54,449 nucleotides of DNA from an uncultured virus (IMG/VR IMGVR_UViG_3300021387_000053) (lineage: Duplodnaviria > Heunggongvirae > Uroviricota > Caudoviricetes). Location of the stretch: the IMG/VR virus record IMGVR_UViG_3300021387_000053; one strand, written 5' to 3'. Each line of letters opens with the position of its first letter. Within the stretch, counting starts at the first letter, position 1. A program made the translations under genes and the position numbers. Below, piece after piece: positions 21,354 to 31,745 of this stretch. The notes under the pieces were generated by a model. The model was not told the DNA's origin, did not search any database, and saw only the letters and a program-made list of their open reading frames with translations.

Positions 21354-24300
21354 TTATTCTTCCTTGACCCCAGACACAGGATCAGTAAGAACTGTATACT
21401 GTTCAATCCATAATTCCTTCGAACCTTCAATTTTCTGGCGTTTACCATCCTTGTATGTATAGGCCGGCTGTGGCAACCAGAGATCAAGATGCAGCACATC
21501 GCCAACATAAAGAGGATGGGCGGTAAAGATCGGCTTCTTCACCTTTACAATACCAGCAGTGCCTGTCCGCAGATTGTAAAGTCCAAGCTTAATCCCATAC
21601 TTGTCATCAATCGAAGTCACTGCATACATACCTCTCGCATCTGGAAATGTAGAGATTGGAGTACCAAACGTTTCAATCTCAAACCTGATGCGGAAACCCA
21701 TTGGCAACTCTGATTCAGGCATCTTGTCTTCCATCTCATGCAGGACTTCAAGCCGCGCATTAAATGTTTTTTCGATCAGCTTATCATTGAGTTTGTTCTT
21801 GCCTTCCCTGAGTTCCTGCCAGAGACCCATCAGCTTACCCGCAGAACCAAACTCCTGGAAGTAATCCATCTTAATCAGTATCTCCATCATAGTCTTGGAG
21901 ATTGATGTGTTCTTCGAGATATCATAAGCCAGATCGACGAAGTACTTTCCATCGTAGTCTTTATATCGGAGGAGATCGGAAGCCGCCTGCTTACCCATAC
22001 TCTTTGCGGAAACAAGAACGTCGGAGATTGTGTTCTCTTCTTTGTTGATTGAGAAGGTTCTGTTGTCCTGCCTGAATCTGGGCGGTACAAACCTGATCCC
22101 AAATCCCTTCAAGGCTTCAGTCCTGGCTTCAGCGATCTTGTCCTTCTTACCTTTATCCGCATAGAGAGTAATCAGAGTCTTATAGAATTCAATAGGGTAG
22201 TGAGCTTTAACATATGCGGCATATAACGAGTCACACGCTACAGAAAATGAGTGGGAAGCGTTGAACATATAGGACGCAGAATCTTCCACGATCTGCCACA
22301 CTTGCATGGAAATGTCTTTGTTTTTCTCTACTGAGTCGTGAGTTTGAGAACAAAGAACCTCGGTCAGACCGTTGATAAACTTCTCCTTCTTCTCTTCGAT
22401 AACTTTCTTCTTCTTCTTTGAGATCGCCTTGATCAGAACATAAGCTTCAGCCGGAGTCAGTCCTGCAACTTTAGCTATTGTCATAATGTGTTCCTGATAG
22501 AGTAACCAAGAGGAAGGCATATCTTTTGTCTGAAGAATATTGTCGAGGATCGGAATATTGTAAGTGAAAGGTTCTCGTGCTACGAAGGAATTGAGCATCG
22601 TCTTGAAGCCCGGTCTGATGGCAGCAATGAATGCGGAAATCTCAGACACACTCTTGGGCTTGAACTGTTTTACTCTGTCAGAAGTCTTCTGTTTCTCAAC
22701 CTGATTCACACCCAGGGTCAAACCTTTAGCGTAGATATCCCAAGTAGGTTTATCATTCTTGGTTATCTCGATCAGCTTATCCACCGTAGGCATCTCAATC
22801 CCGGCGGCTTCATAAGCCATCTCTGCAAGCTTCACGCACTCCACGATGAGCAAATCCTGCTTGACGAACCCAAATTTGTCAGCCATATCACCAGTAATAT
22901 AAGCACATCTTACTGGGTCTTTCTTGCTATGTTCTGAATCAATAATAATTGTACCGAAGAGTCTGCGGATATCTCCTTGAACCATTAGATGAGCGCAAGG
23001 ATGTACGCCAAACCTCATAATAATTCCACGGTAAGCTTCTGATTCTTTAACCAGATCAAGGAATCGTGGTTCGACATAATCCTCAAGCTGAATCATGTCC
23101 TTTTCATCTTCATCCGCATAAGCAAGTTCAGTATCGTATCTCTTCAGCTGTTTGGATACCAGATTCGCTGTCTCAAAAGGAATATCGTTGGCTCTAGCCA
23201 ACATCTTGAACGCAGCCCCGGCTTTATTCGTATCGTATTTAATCATCGGAAGGAAACTAAACTCTCCAAAGATTTCACGCCCAGCCCTCTGAAAGGGTTC
23301 TTGCGCTACGATATTCAAATCCAGATCAGGAATACTGCCGGCTTTAAGACGTTCCGCAGAAATAAAACGCTCAGGATACAGAGTTACTGGACAGCGGAGT
23401 CTGTTGATTGACGTGAAGCCAAGAAGATGATTGGAAGCAAACGACACGCCAGAACCTCTTCCTGTGTGGGTAAGGATTCCCCCGTATTTGATGCCCTTAT
23501 CAATAGTGGCTTTAACATCCAAGAAGTAATCTGTTGTGTGGGTTTCGATGACGGGATGGAGTTCGTTGTTCTCAAGATCTTCGTACTCGGCAAGCTTCTG
23601 TTCGTCTGGTGTATCTCCATACAACTCCTCGTACTTCTCATGACACATCGTCCAGTACATCTTGTCCCTCTGCTCCTGTGAAAGCTTGGGATAGATATTC
23701 GGAATCTTCTTCTCATGCGTAAATGTTACGCCTGGGTAATCCCGGAACTGGAGCGTGTTGTCGAAAGCTTCACGAATCTGAGCTTCAGAAAGTACTCCCT
23801 GAGTCTTCATCAGTTCGTAAGCTTCTTCAGCGGTAGGAAGGAACAAATCGAAACTTCCTTCGTCCTCGTAAGTAATGTGCGAAGAGAGGAGAATCTGATC
23901 ACGGAGAATCTTGTCCTTGCTGTCGATGTAATGGGAGTCAGTAGCAAAGATCAGAGGATAACCGTACTTATGGTAGAGATAGAGTACTTTCTTGTTATGC
24001 TCAATCTGATCAGCCTGAAGATGTGCCTGGACTTCAAGGTAGAAGTTCTTACCGAAGATACTGGCGAGTCTGCAAACCGCACTCTCATCCATCTTACCTA
24101 CTGGGCCAGCGACACATGCGGTCGTACACACGAAGTGGCTTGGATCAAGTCGCTCAAGCAGTTCCCAGTCGATTCGATTCTTGTGATACTTACCCGTCTC
24201 ATATGACTCACTGAGAATCTCATTCAGTTCATAGTAACCTTCCTGATCTTTGGCAATCAGAATCAGATGGGCATTTGTTCTATCTTTTGCTTTGCGGTCG

Positions 24301-24575
24301 TTTACAAAGTAAGCTTCCGCTCCTGCAAGAGTTGTGAGTTTATAAGGTTCAGACTGTTCCGCATACTGTTCTGTCAGAGAATAGCAGCGGAATACGTCTC
24401 CCCGGTTTCCATGTTCAACAGCAAAAAGACAGTGCATTCCACGTTCCTTGTAAACCTTTGCGTACTGATCATAGAGAACCGGGGAATCTGCCAAGGACGA
24501 ACCGTTACTGATACAACTGTGAGAATGGTAGTTTTCGAATTCAATCGTTGGCATTTTAATACTCCGTTTCTTCAA
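21354..24575 (-). CDS. dnaE: DNA polymerase III alpha subunit (family C)
   Basis: PHP motifs HSHS, EHGN and DSHY; GRGSG; catalytic PDLDL; YMFNASHS. Confidence 0.95.
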   Translation of the reverse strand: MKKRSIKMPTIEFENYHSHSCISNGSSLADSPVLYDQYAKVYKERGMHCLFAVEHGNRGDVFRCYSLTEQYAEQSEPYKLTTLAGAEAYFVNDRKAKDRTNAHLILIAKDQEGYYELNEILSESYETGKYHKNRIDWELLERLDPSHFVCTTACVAGPVGKMDESAVCRLASIFGKNFYLEVQAHLQADQIEHNKKVLYLYHKYGYPLIFATDSHYIDSKDKILRDQILLSSHITYEDEGSFDLFLPTAEEAYELMKTQGVLSEAQIREAFDNTLQFRDYPGVTFTHEKKIPNIYPKLSQEQRDKMYWTMCHEKYEELYGDTPDEQKLAEYEDLENNELHPVIETHTTDYFLDVKATIDKGIKYGGILTHTGRGSGVSFASNHLLGFTSINRLRCPVTLYPERFISAERLKAGSIPDLDLNIVAQEPFQRAGREIFGEFSFLPMIKYDTNKAGAAFKMLARANDIPFETANLVSKQLKRYDTELAYADEDEKDMIQLEDYVEPRFLDLVKESEAYRGIIMRFGVHPCAHLMVQGDIRRLFGTIIIDSEHSKKDPVRCAYITGDMADKFGFVKQDLLIVECVKLAEMAYEAAGIEMPTVDKLIEITKNDKPTWDIYAKGLTLGVNQVEKQKTSDRVKQFKPKSVSEISAFIAAIRPGFKTMLNSFVAREPFTYNIPILDNILQTKDMPSSWLLYQEHIMTIAKVAGLTPAEAYVLIKAISKKKKKVIEEKKEKFINGLTEVLCSQTHDSVEKNKDISMQVWQIVEDSASYMFNASHSFSVACDSLYAAYVKAHYPIEFYKTLITLYADKGKKDKIAEARTEALKGFGIRFVPPRFRQDNRTFSINKEENTISDVLVSAKSMGKQAASDLLRYKDYDGKYFVDLAYDISKNTSISKTMMEILIKMDYFQEFGSAGKLMGLWQELREGKNKLNDKLIEKTFNARLEVLHEMEDKMPESELPMGFRIRFEIETFGTPISTFPDARGMYAVTSIDDKYGIKLGLYNLRTGTAGIVKVKKPIFTAHPLYVGDVLHLDLWLPQPAYTYKDGKRQKIEGSKELWIEQYTVLTDPVSGVKEE

Positions 24576-24967
24576 TCAACAAAGCTGTAATGACAGTGCG
24601 GACAACTGGTAATCATCTGAGTTGCTGCCTGTTCTTTCGTGTACCCTTTCTCAGGATCATAGATATCGAATCCACATCTGGGACAACACTTAATCGGAGC
24701 GACCCAGGGGAATCCGTACTCCTGACAGTAAATCCTCTGACACTCACTAGCGGAATGTGTTCTTATCTGCTTCTCGGTCATGCTCCAAGACTCACCCCCA
24801 GAATAAAGATCGTAATGATCGCCCAGTTAATCAGGATTGGCTTCCAAGGCTGTACCATCAGTTCATACTGCTCGGTCTCAATCATCTTCTCGTTATGGTA
24901 ATAACCGAATACGAGAGCGAAGAACGAAGTCAGGATGAATGTGTAGAGCGGAATCCAGTAGGTCAAT

Positions 24968-25798
24968 TCACGCATCGCCATTTTCCTCTTTCTCCTTTTC
25001 CTTTTTACCTTTCTTCTCTTTCTTTTCGAATGCAGCCCCGGTTACAATCGCATCTCTTGCGGGGCAGCTACCGATCACATCGCACAGTTGCAAGCAGAAG
25101 AACCAATTAGGGCAGATCGCCCAGTCCTTCGTGGCTTCAATCTTCTTGATCGTGTCCTCAATCCAGTCCTCGGTTTCCTTCACATATGCTTCGTCGAAGT
25201 CTTCTGTAATCCAGTAGCCCTCTCTGAACATATTGAAGCGGAGTCTTGCCGGCCACTCACCGTATTCCTGCTTGATGTAGATCGCATAAAGATAAAGTTG
25301 CTTCTTATAAATCTGATATTCTTTCTTCATCGAGGCTTTCGACTTGGATTTGTGGTCGATCACCTCAATCTTCCCTGTCTTTTTGTTCCGACAGATAACG
25401 TCTGCGATACCGTGGATCTCATGCCCTCTGATCTGGATTGAAAACTTCTTCTCAACCTCAAGGATCTCATAATCCTCATCGAATCCGTCGAAGTTTTCAA
25501 AGTATTCAAGTCCAGCGAGGAAGAATTTCTCAGGCATACCTTTCGGGAAGGCAGGAAATGCATGGGTAACGTTGCTCTGATAGCCTTCCTCATACTCATC
25601 CGCTAAAGCAAACAGCGGAATCGTTCCTTTCTCCCAGTCTTCCAAGAGTTTGTGGCAATAACTTCCGTAATCAGAGAATGCATTACCATCACTTGGAACT
25701 CCTTCGATATTGTGGAGATAAAAACTCATCGGACACTGGAGAAAAGAGGTCAAAGCAGAGAAAGAATAGTGGGGATTACTCTCCGTCTTCTTCAACAA
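24968..25798 (-). CDS. PD-(D/E)xK Cas4/RecB-like exonuclease
   Basis: YSFSAL, GIAD...IDHKS and QLYLY motifs; Cys cluster at the C-terminus. Confidence 0.85.
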   Translation of the reverse strand: MLKKTESNPHYSFSALTSFLQCPMSFYLHNIEGVPSDGNAFSDYGSYCHKLLEDWEKGTIPLFALADEYEEGYQSNVTHAFPAFPKGMPEKFFLAGLEYFENFDGFDEDYEILEVEKKFSIQIRGHEIHGIADVICRNKKTGKIEVIDHKSKSKASMKKEYQIYKKQLYLYAIYIKQEYGEWPARLRFNMFREGYWITEDFDEAYVKETEDWIEDTIKKIEATKDWAICPNWFFCLQLCDVIGSCPARDAIVTGAAFEKKEKKGKKEKEKEENGDA

Positions 25799-25972
25799 GC
25801 GTCAACTCCTCTGGCAACAGCAAAAGATTGCGTCCTTTATCTGTTTTCACCTGAAAATAAACATCAAAACAGGTGTCATAAATCACATAACCCTCTTCGA
25901 TACCGTGCGGGGTATCGAACTTGACCCTCTGTCCTGCACGTACCTCGTTCTTTTTCATACTTTTTCCCTTCC

Positions 25973-27832
25973 TTAGATCGGTTCGTTGGTTACTGGCGGT
26001 GGCTTGATCTTGTAATCGTCCAAAGAGTCTGCTCTTTTTGCCGGATGAGGTGCTCCATTGCGATCCCAATTGCAAACCAGCGTGTCTCCGACATCCGCCT
26101 GATAAATTCTTCTTGATGCGGGGCAGAAACAGAACTCCGTGATTGGGAAACGTCCTTTTTTGCGGTTCTTCAGCACCTTAAATGCCTGATTTTCGACGAG
26201 AAACACATTGTCGGCTGCCTTTACAGACATGGAGTTGCCAGCAATATCGTTCAGCGTTACTTTTGACCGTCCAAGAGGGCTTGTTTTGCGAAGATGGGCA
26301 ACGATTACAACGTGGACGTGGTGCTTCAATGCGAAGTGCTTCATCGTTTGAATGATTTCACCTTGTACTGCATTGTCATCACCAGAAGAACCCCACCCAA
26401 GGCTCATCAAGTTGTCTACAAAGAACAACTTTGAGCCGTATCTTCGAAATGCTCCCTCAAAAAGGTCTGTAACCGCCTTCAGAATACCTTCCGGCGTATC
26501 CAATTCATTGTCGTAGACCTTCAGCTTGCCCCTGAAGTGTTCGCAAATCCGCTTATACACGTCATCCTCAAGCCAAGGCTCATAACTCTTCTCGAAATCA
26601 TCGTATCGGAGTCCGACATACTCATCTCCGGCAGCCTGAAGCGTGATCCACTCCTGAAAATCCTCTGCGGAAAGTTCGCCGGAGTACACACAGACTGGGA
26701 AACCGTGTTCAATTGCATTAATTATCGTGATCCCCATCGAAGTTGACTTACCAGAGCCAGGATCGCCCGTCACAATAGTAATTCCACCCTCTTGAAGACC
26801 GCCTGTTGCCTTGTCCAAGCCCGGAATACCGATTGGAATGCGAACTTTGTTGTTAGGATCGCCACGCCGGATGTCTGCGAAGTCGATCAGACCCTTAATT
26901 TCGCAGGATTCTGCGCTTCCGATCATCTCCAACACTTTTTCCTTGCCATACCGCACAAGAATCTCGTTTGCATCCTTGCAAACCGATCCATCAGGACGGG
27001 TAGGGTAGGCTTCAATCGGAATGAACTGCAAATTGCAGATCGAAAGCCTGTTTTTTAAGTCCTCAACCATTTTCTGACCGGGTTCATCGGCATCCCCGAA
27101 CAAAATAATGGTGTCAACCATCATCAGGAACTCCCAACAGTTGTCGATCCACGTCAGATTGTCACATCCGCACGGAACTGAGGTCACGTTAGTGTATCCG
27201 GCTTCAAAAACAGCCATTGCATCACATTCGCCCTCGGTAATCACGAGCGGAGTCTTCAAAGAGATATCGTCGAGGTTCAAAAGGATCGGTTCAGTGTTTG
27301 AAACTTGCCATTCCTTGGGTTTCCCGTTGCCTTTAATGAATTTTTCAGGCGCACGGAACTTCTGGTACACAATCTGACCGTGTCGAATGAAGTTGAAGAC
27401 GATATTTCCCTGGGTATCGCTGTTCAAATGGAACGCATTGATCGTGTTGTCCGAAAAACCTCTGGTATGAAGGTAATCACGGCACTTTTGTGTCAGTTCC
27501 ACCGTCTCTGTATTTGGAAGGGTGTAATTTTTCTTCGAACTCGTCATATCCATCTTTGAAAACCTGAACCTGATCGGTTCTTTGCCTTCCATTTTGAGTA
27601 AATCGTTGATTGTTCCTCGGAAACCACATGTTCCACGCTTACAGTTCGCAGCACCGTTAGTAGAGAGTGCGAATGTCCACATATCTCTGTGGCTACCGGT
27701 TCCGCCGTTACAAATGGGACAGTATTTAGCAACAAACTCTGTCCCATTCACAGTGTGGCGTGTTTTGTATTCCCCTAATGCGGTTCTGGCATAATCCATT
27801 ACAGTTTCTTCAACAGATTCCATAGTGGACAC
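25973..27832 (-). CDS. T7 gp4/Twinkle-like primase-helicase
   Basis: Zn finger CPIC, TOPRIM ITEGECD / GDADEPG / KDANE, Walker A GDPGSGKS, VDNLM and VAHLRK. Confidence 0.92.
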   Translation of the reverse strand: MSTMESVEETVMDYARTALGEYKTRHTVNGTEFVAKYCPICNGGTGSHRDMWTFALSTNGAANCKRGTCGFRGTINDLLKMEGKEPIRFRFSKMDMTSSKKNYTLPNTETVELTQKCRDYLHTRGFSDNTINAFHLNSDTQGNIVFNFIRHGQIVYQKFRAPEKFIKGNGKPKEWQVSNTEPILLNLDDISLKTPLVITEGECDAMAVFEAGYTNVTSVPCGCDNLTWIDNCWEFLMMVDTIILFGDADEPGQKMVEDLKNRLSICNLQFIPIEAYPTRPDGSVCKDANEILVRYGKEKVLEMIGSAESCEIKGLIDFADIRRGDPNNKVRIPIGIPGLDKATGGLQEGGITIVTGDPGSGKSTSMGITIINAIEHGFPVCVYSGELSAEDFQEWITLQAAGDEYVGLRYDDFEKSYEPWLEDDVYKRICEHFRGKLKVYDNELDTPEGILKAVTDLFEGAFRRYGSKLFFVDNLMSLGWGSSGDDNAVQGEIIQTMKHFALKHHVHVVIVAHLRKTSPLGRSKVTLNDIAGNSMSVKAADNVFLVENQAFKVLKNRKKGRFPITEFCFCPASRRIYQADVGDTLVCNWDRNGAPHPAKRADSLDDYKIKPPPVTNEPI

Positions 27833-28013
27833 CCTTTCTATCGTTAATCCTCGACCTTAATATCGACACACTCGCCGAACATCTCGGAAGTCTGCGAAAT
27901 GTATTCGATCAGTTCCTTTTTCGAACGGATACGACCACCCGCATCAGTAAAGTAGTAGTCGTACTGCTTCTTTGTCATCGTACATACGTAAGTAGGGTAC
28001 ATAACTCGTCTCC

Positions 28014-28562
28014 TTAACTGGCTTCAAGCCATTCATGGTACTTAACACTCAGTTTGCGGAGTCTTTTGAGGACAGCCGGAGAACTGATCCCCAATTCCTT
28101 CGCTATCGTTGTGTTTGTCATTCCTTTAGCTTTCATAGAGAGGATTTTTGAATCTGTCTCTCCCTGAAGCTCACAAAAATGATCCCAATCAACAAAGGTG
28201 TCGATATCCTCATAGACGTTTGAGATAGATGTGTCTTCAACGCTGGTAAGTTCCGAAATATCCTTTACTCGGATGCAAATCTTGTCGATTTCTTTACCAG
28301 TTTCAGATACACTGCCATGCTCAACGACTCCATGAACCGTAAACATCTTCACAGTCAGGAAATATCTCCGAATAACATCCTTTACCCGGAGATAGCTCGG
28401 CTGGAAGTCTGGATTCTTCTGTTTAAGCCGAAGGAAAGTAGCATAGCATTCCTGATACAAGTCATCGTATGAAGACGCAAGTGTCTTATGCGTTGAGATG
28501 TAGTTTTTCAGACAATTCCGAATCAACGGATGCCATTCTTCATATGTTTGTTCCTTCGTCAT
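28014..28562 (-). CDS. sigma-70-like phage transcription factor
   Basis: Region-2-like YDDLYQECY and C-terminal HTH TNTTIAKELGISSPAV. Confidence 0.65.
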   Translation of the reverse strand: MTKEQTYEEWHPLIRNCLKNYISTHKTLASSYDDLYQECYATFLRLKQKNPDFQPSYLRVKDVIRRYFLTVKMFTVHGVVEHGSVSETGKEIDKICIRVKDISELTSVEDTSISNVYEDIDTFVDWDHFCELQGETDSKILSMKAKGMTNTTIAKELGISSPAVLKRLRKLSVKYHEWLEAS

Positions 28563-28586
28563 ACCTTAAACTCCTGACTTGTGTTT

Positions 28587-28997
28587 TTAGAAGGGGAGAT
28601 CGTCTTCCATAGCAATCTCTGGCTTCTTTGCAGGAGCAGGAGTTGCAGCGGGTGCAGAGGAACTGCCGTCACCCTTACGACGCATCAGTTCAACATCGGT
28701 TGCAGTGATGTCAATCGAAGTTGCAGTCGTTCCGTCGGTCTTCTTGTACATATTGATCGTCAGGTCACCGCTGACACACACCATATCGCCCTGTTTCAGG
28801 TTCTTCAGTACATATTCACAGCGGTTCTTGTTCCAAATGGTTACACGGTAGAAATTGGTGATATACTCCTCAGAGTTGCGCTGTTTCGTTGCGGTAGGAC
28901 TCGCAATACGAATCTCCGCAATCGGATAGCTTCCCGCCTGACGTGCTTCAGGGTCTGCAACGAGCCGACCCACGGTTGTAATCTTGTTTACTGCCAT
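28587..28997 (-). CDS. ssb: single-stranded DNA-binding protein
   Basis: OB fold VGRLVADPE and C-terminal DDLPF. Confidence 0.93.
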   Translation of the reverse strand: MAVNKITTVGRLVADPEARQAGSYPIAEIRIASPTATKQRNSEEYITNFYRVTIWNKNRCEYVLKNLKQGDMVCVSGDLTINMYKKTDGTTATSIDITATDVELMRRKGDGSSSAPAATPAPAKKPEIAMEDDLPF

Positions 28998-29009
28998 ATA
29001 AATCTCTCC

Positions 29010-30008
29010 TTATTCCATAGCGGCCAGCGCAAGGTACGTGGCCTTCAGTTTTTCGATATCGTCTACCTTGAGGTAGTTGGCTACACCGCAGTGTTCCTTG
29101 ATTACCGCAGCGACTTCATTCTTGGTCTTTCCTGCTTCCATGAGATTGGAAACAACATCGCCAATGGACTTCTTAGCCGCTTCAATTCTTGCGGGATCAG
29201 CCGGAGCAGTCTCAACAGGGGTCTCAGTCTTCGTAATCTCAGGCTTCGGCTCTTCGACAGGAGCATCGTCGAGCCAGCGAATCACTTCACGCCCCGTGTC
29301 AGGGGTAATGACAAAGTACTGCCCGTCGAAACGTCCAGTCCTGTCCTTAGTACTGGAAGCAACGTGTTCCTGATTCAGCATGAAGACTGTGGTGTATTCG
29401 TAGTCGGTTTCACCCTGGGTAATCAGCCCAAGACCAACCTTACGAACGCGGGTCTTGCCCTTATCGTCCTTGTCCTGTACATACTCAGTCTTTGCACGGA
29501 TGCAGGAGATAACGTGCATCTTGCACTGGAGAATCGTGTTCATCAGCTGACTCTGATCCTTCTTCGGCTGTCTCCAAGCAGTGTAGGAGTTGCCTGACGG
29601 AGAGTTGGCAGCGATTGCAGCCTGTTTATCGAGTGCGCCACCCTCGCCAGCCCACGCATGTGAGACGGAGTCAATAATCAGCACCTCAATACCGTTTTCT
29701 TCTGCGGTCTTGATTGACTCGATGTACTTGTCAACAGTGAAGGGCGGTTCAATGTCGATGGTGTAGTACTCACCAATCGTTGTTGTTGTTCCTTTGACTT
29801 TGGCTTTCGAATACAGTGATCCGGAACCGTTCTCGGTATCAATCAGGCAGATCTTTTCCCATGCCTCACTGTCAGAGATACCGGGATGAGATTCCTTCAC
29901 CATTCCGTAAGCCATAAGCAGTGCGCTCATCGTCTTGCCACTGCCAGAAATTCCTGCGATTGCAAGCTTGATCTTGGCTTGTACTCGCCGGGCTTTTTTC
30001 ATTTCCAT
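29010..30008 (-). CDS. AAA_24 / Sak4-like ATPase (single-strand annealing recombinase)
   Basis: GISGSGKT, IDTENGS and IIDSVSHAW motifs; next to ssb. Confidence 0.85.
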   Translation of the reverse strand: MEMKKARRVQAKIKLAIAGISGSGKTMSALLMAYGMVKESHPGISDSEAWEKICLIDTENGSGSLYSKAKVKGTTTTIGEYYTIDIEPPFTVDKYIESIKTAEENGIEVLIIDSVSHAWAGEGGALDKQAAIAANSPSGNSYTAWRQPKKDQSQLMNTILQCKMHVISCIRAKTEYVQDKDDKGKTRVRKVGLGLITQGETDYEYTTVFMLNQEHVASSTKDRTGRFDGQYFVITPDTGREVIRWLDDAPVEEPKPEITKTETPVETAPADPARIEAAKKSIGDVVSNLMEAGKTKNEVAAVIKEHCGVANYLKVDDIEKLKATYLALAAME

Positions 30009-30237
30009 ATGTCTGTTCATCCTTTCTTGGGTCACTTGGGCATAAAAAATGCACAAACAAAAACACATCAACAAATTTCAGCTAACTTATTCTTTTAAAC
30101 ATCAGCCCCGCCAACACGCAGTGGCTGTGTTTTGTGAATTGTTAATCGTGAATCGTTGTGTGTTTGTTGTTTGTGCTTGTGTGTGTAGTTGTACGTTAAC
30201 GCCTAAGTCCGCCCTATATTCTAGGGCGGATTAGGTC

Positions 30238-31188
30238 TTACTTCCCAAAGTAATTGATGCTATTCACTGCAATCTTACGCTCATCAGCAGTCGTATGGTC
30301 ATAACGGTCGGTAATGCGGACGTGCTTGTGGTTTGCACAGTCTCTCGCAACTGCGATACCGCCCGTCTTCTCAACTTCAGAGATGAAAACGTGGCGCAGA
30401 ACGTGGGAGCCGCGAATCAAACCTAGGTCATCCTGATACTTACGGACAATCTCATAAAGTCCCATCTTCGAGATCGGCTTGTCTCCCTTGGTCGTGAACA
30501 GCGGGTCATCGTCATCCGTATTCTCACGGCTTTCGAGATACGGAGCAAGGTACTGATACCATTCTTCGGAAACATTTGCCATCTTCCAAGCTCCGCCCTT
30601 CCGCTGACAGTAAATGTTTCCCTTGCCGTACTTCATGACTTGTTTAATCGTCAGCTTGGAAACTTCTTCTCTGCGGAGTCCGCTATAGAGGAAGAGCGAA
30701 ACGATTGCCCGGTCACGAAGCCAGTTCCTGTCCTGTCTCTTCTCAATTACCTTCAACAGGGCTTCAACTTCCTCGTGAGTGTAGATCTTTTCAACCGGGC
30801 GTTCTTCTTCAGGAAGAGTATCAGGATCAACCAACTTCTGTGACCTGAGAATCCGTGAGTAGTCTTCCTGTATAAGACCTACGTGGAAAGCCCAGGCGAG
30901 GAAGCCGTTAAGGAATGAGATGTAATTGTTCATCGTCGACGGACTCTTAGTCTCACTCCACTTGTTGCTCCACCGCTGAACAGTGATACCGCTCAGTCCA
31001 ATGATCTGATTCTCCTGAACGATCACGTTGTAATTTTCTTCCCAGTCCGCAAGGATTGTATTGATGCGGACTCTCTGAAGATTCAGGGTGTTCTCGTTCA
31101 CGTTGCGCTTACGAGACTGGCAGTAGAAGTCAACGATTGCATAGTGGGCTTTCCCACGGCTACCAAATGTTCTAGAAGTATCGCTCAT
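30238..31188 (-). CDS. tyrosine recombinase (Xer/integrase family)
   Basis: SGLRREE (R), HVLRH and H...ITDRY (catalytic Tyr). Confidence 0.88.
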   Translation of the reverse strand: MSDTSRTFGSRGKAHYAIVDFYCQSRKRNVNENTLNLQRVRINTILADWEENYNVIVQENQIIGLSGITVQRWSNKWSETKSPSTMNNYISFLNGFLAWAFHVGLIQEDYSRILRSQKLVDPDTLPEEERPVEKIYTHEEVEALLKVIEKRQDRNWLRDRAIVSLFLYSGLRREEVSKLTIKQVMKYGKGNIYCQRKGGAWKMANVSEEWYQYLAPYLESRENTDDDDPLFTTKGDKPISKMGLYEIVRKYQDDLGLIRGSHVLRHVFISEVEKTGGIAVARDCANHKHVRITDRYDHTTADERKIAVNSINYFGK

Positions 31189-31463
31189 AATCTATTCTCC
31201 TTTGTGAATCGTGCTTGTGAGAGGGGAAATACTGGCTTAGGCAGCAGTAAGCGGAATGCTGACGATCTCGCCATAAGCGGTAACCGCTTTTTCAAGACGA
31301 GGAGTCCGCAGATAGTGCCAGCAAGTCATGAAGTCTTCCGTCTTGGAAGTCTTCACTGCCTTGATTCCTACAGCGAAGAGGAACTGTTCAAGGTAGCGGT
31401 TCGTGGTCTGAAACATATCGTTCATAAGCTCGTTCCTTTCTTAAATTATCTTGGAACAAGGAT

Positions 31464-31492
31464 AGCTTAACATACCCGGCTACCCTTGTGAA
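31464..31492 (-). promoter_or_regulatory. sigma-A-like promoter
   Basis: TTCACA-17 nt-TAAGCT with TG extension, upstream of the RBS and ORF 31237-31425. Confidence 0.4.
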
Positions 31493-31745
31493 GGCCAAAA
31501 AGGCATAAAATTTTGCGGCATCCAGTTCAACTGTTAGTTGAATTATGAGTGAAGAGTTGGCAGAATAAAAGTGGAGTAACAGTAGGGGCAGACATTGAAG
31601 GTCTTCCATAATACCCTACGCCGTTGCAAAGTCCTCAGACAGTTGCAATTCCGGCAATAGGCGATGCAAACGTCTTTACTTACCTTACGAGCGAAGGATT
31701 TGAAGCTAACGCCAGAAGCCATTTTCATATCTGATATACCTCATA

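Noticed and set aside
24968..25798. Cas4 as evidence of a CRISPR system
   Set aside because: It is a stand-alone PD-(D/E)xK exonuclease within the replication module; no array or other cas genes.
28581..29597. 338-aa plus-strand ORF
   Set aside because: Antisense shadow of ssb and the AAA ATPase; no RBS or recognisable motifs.
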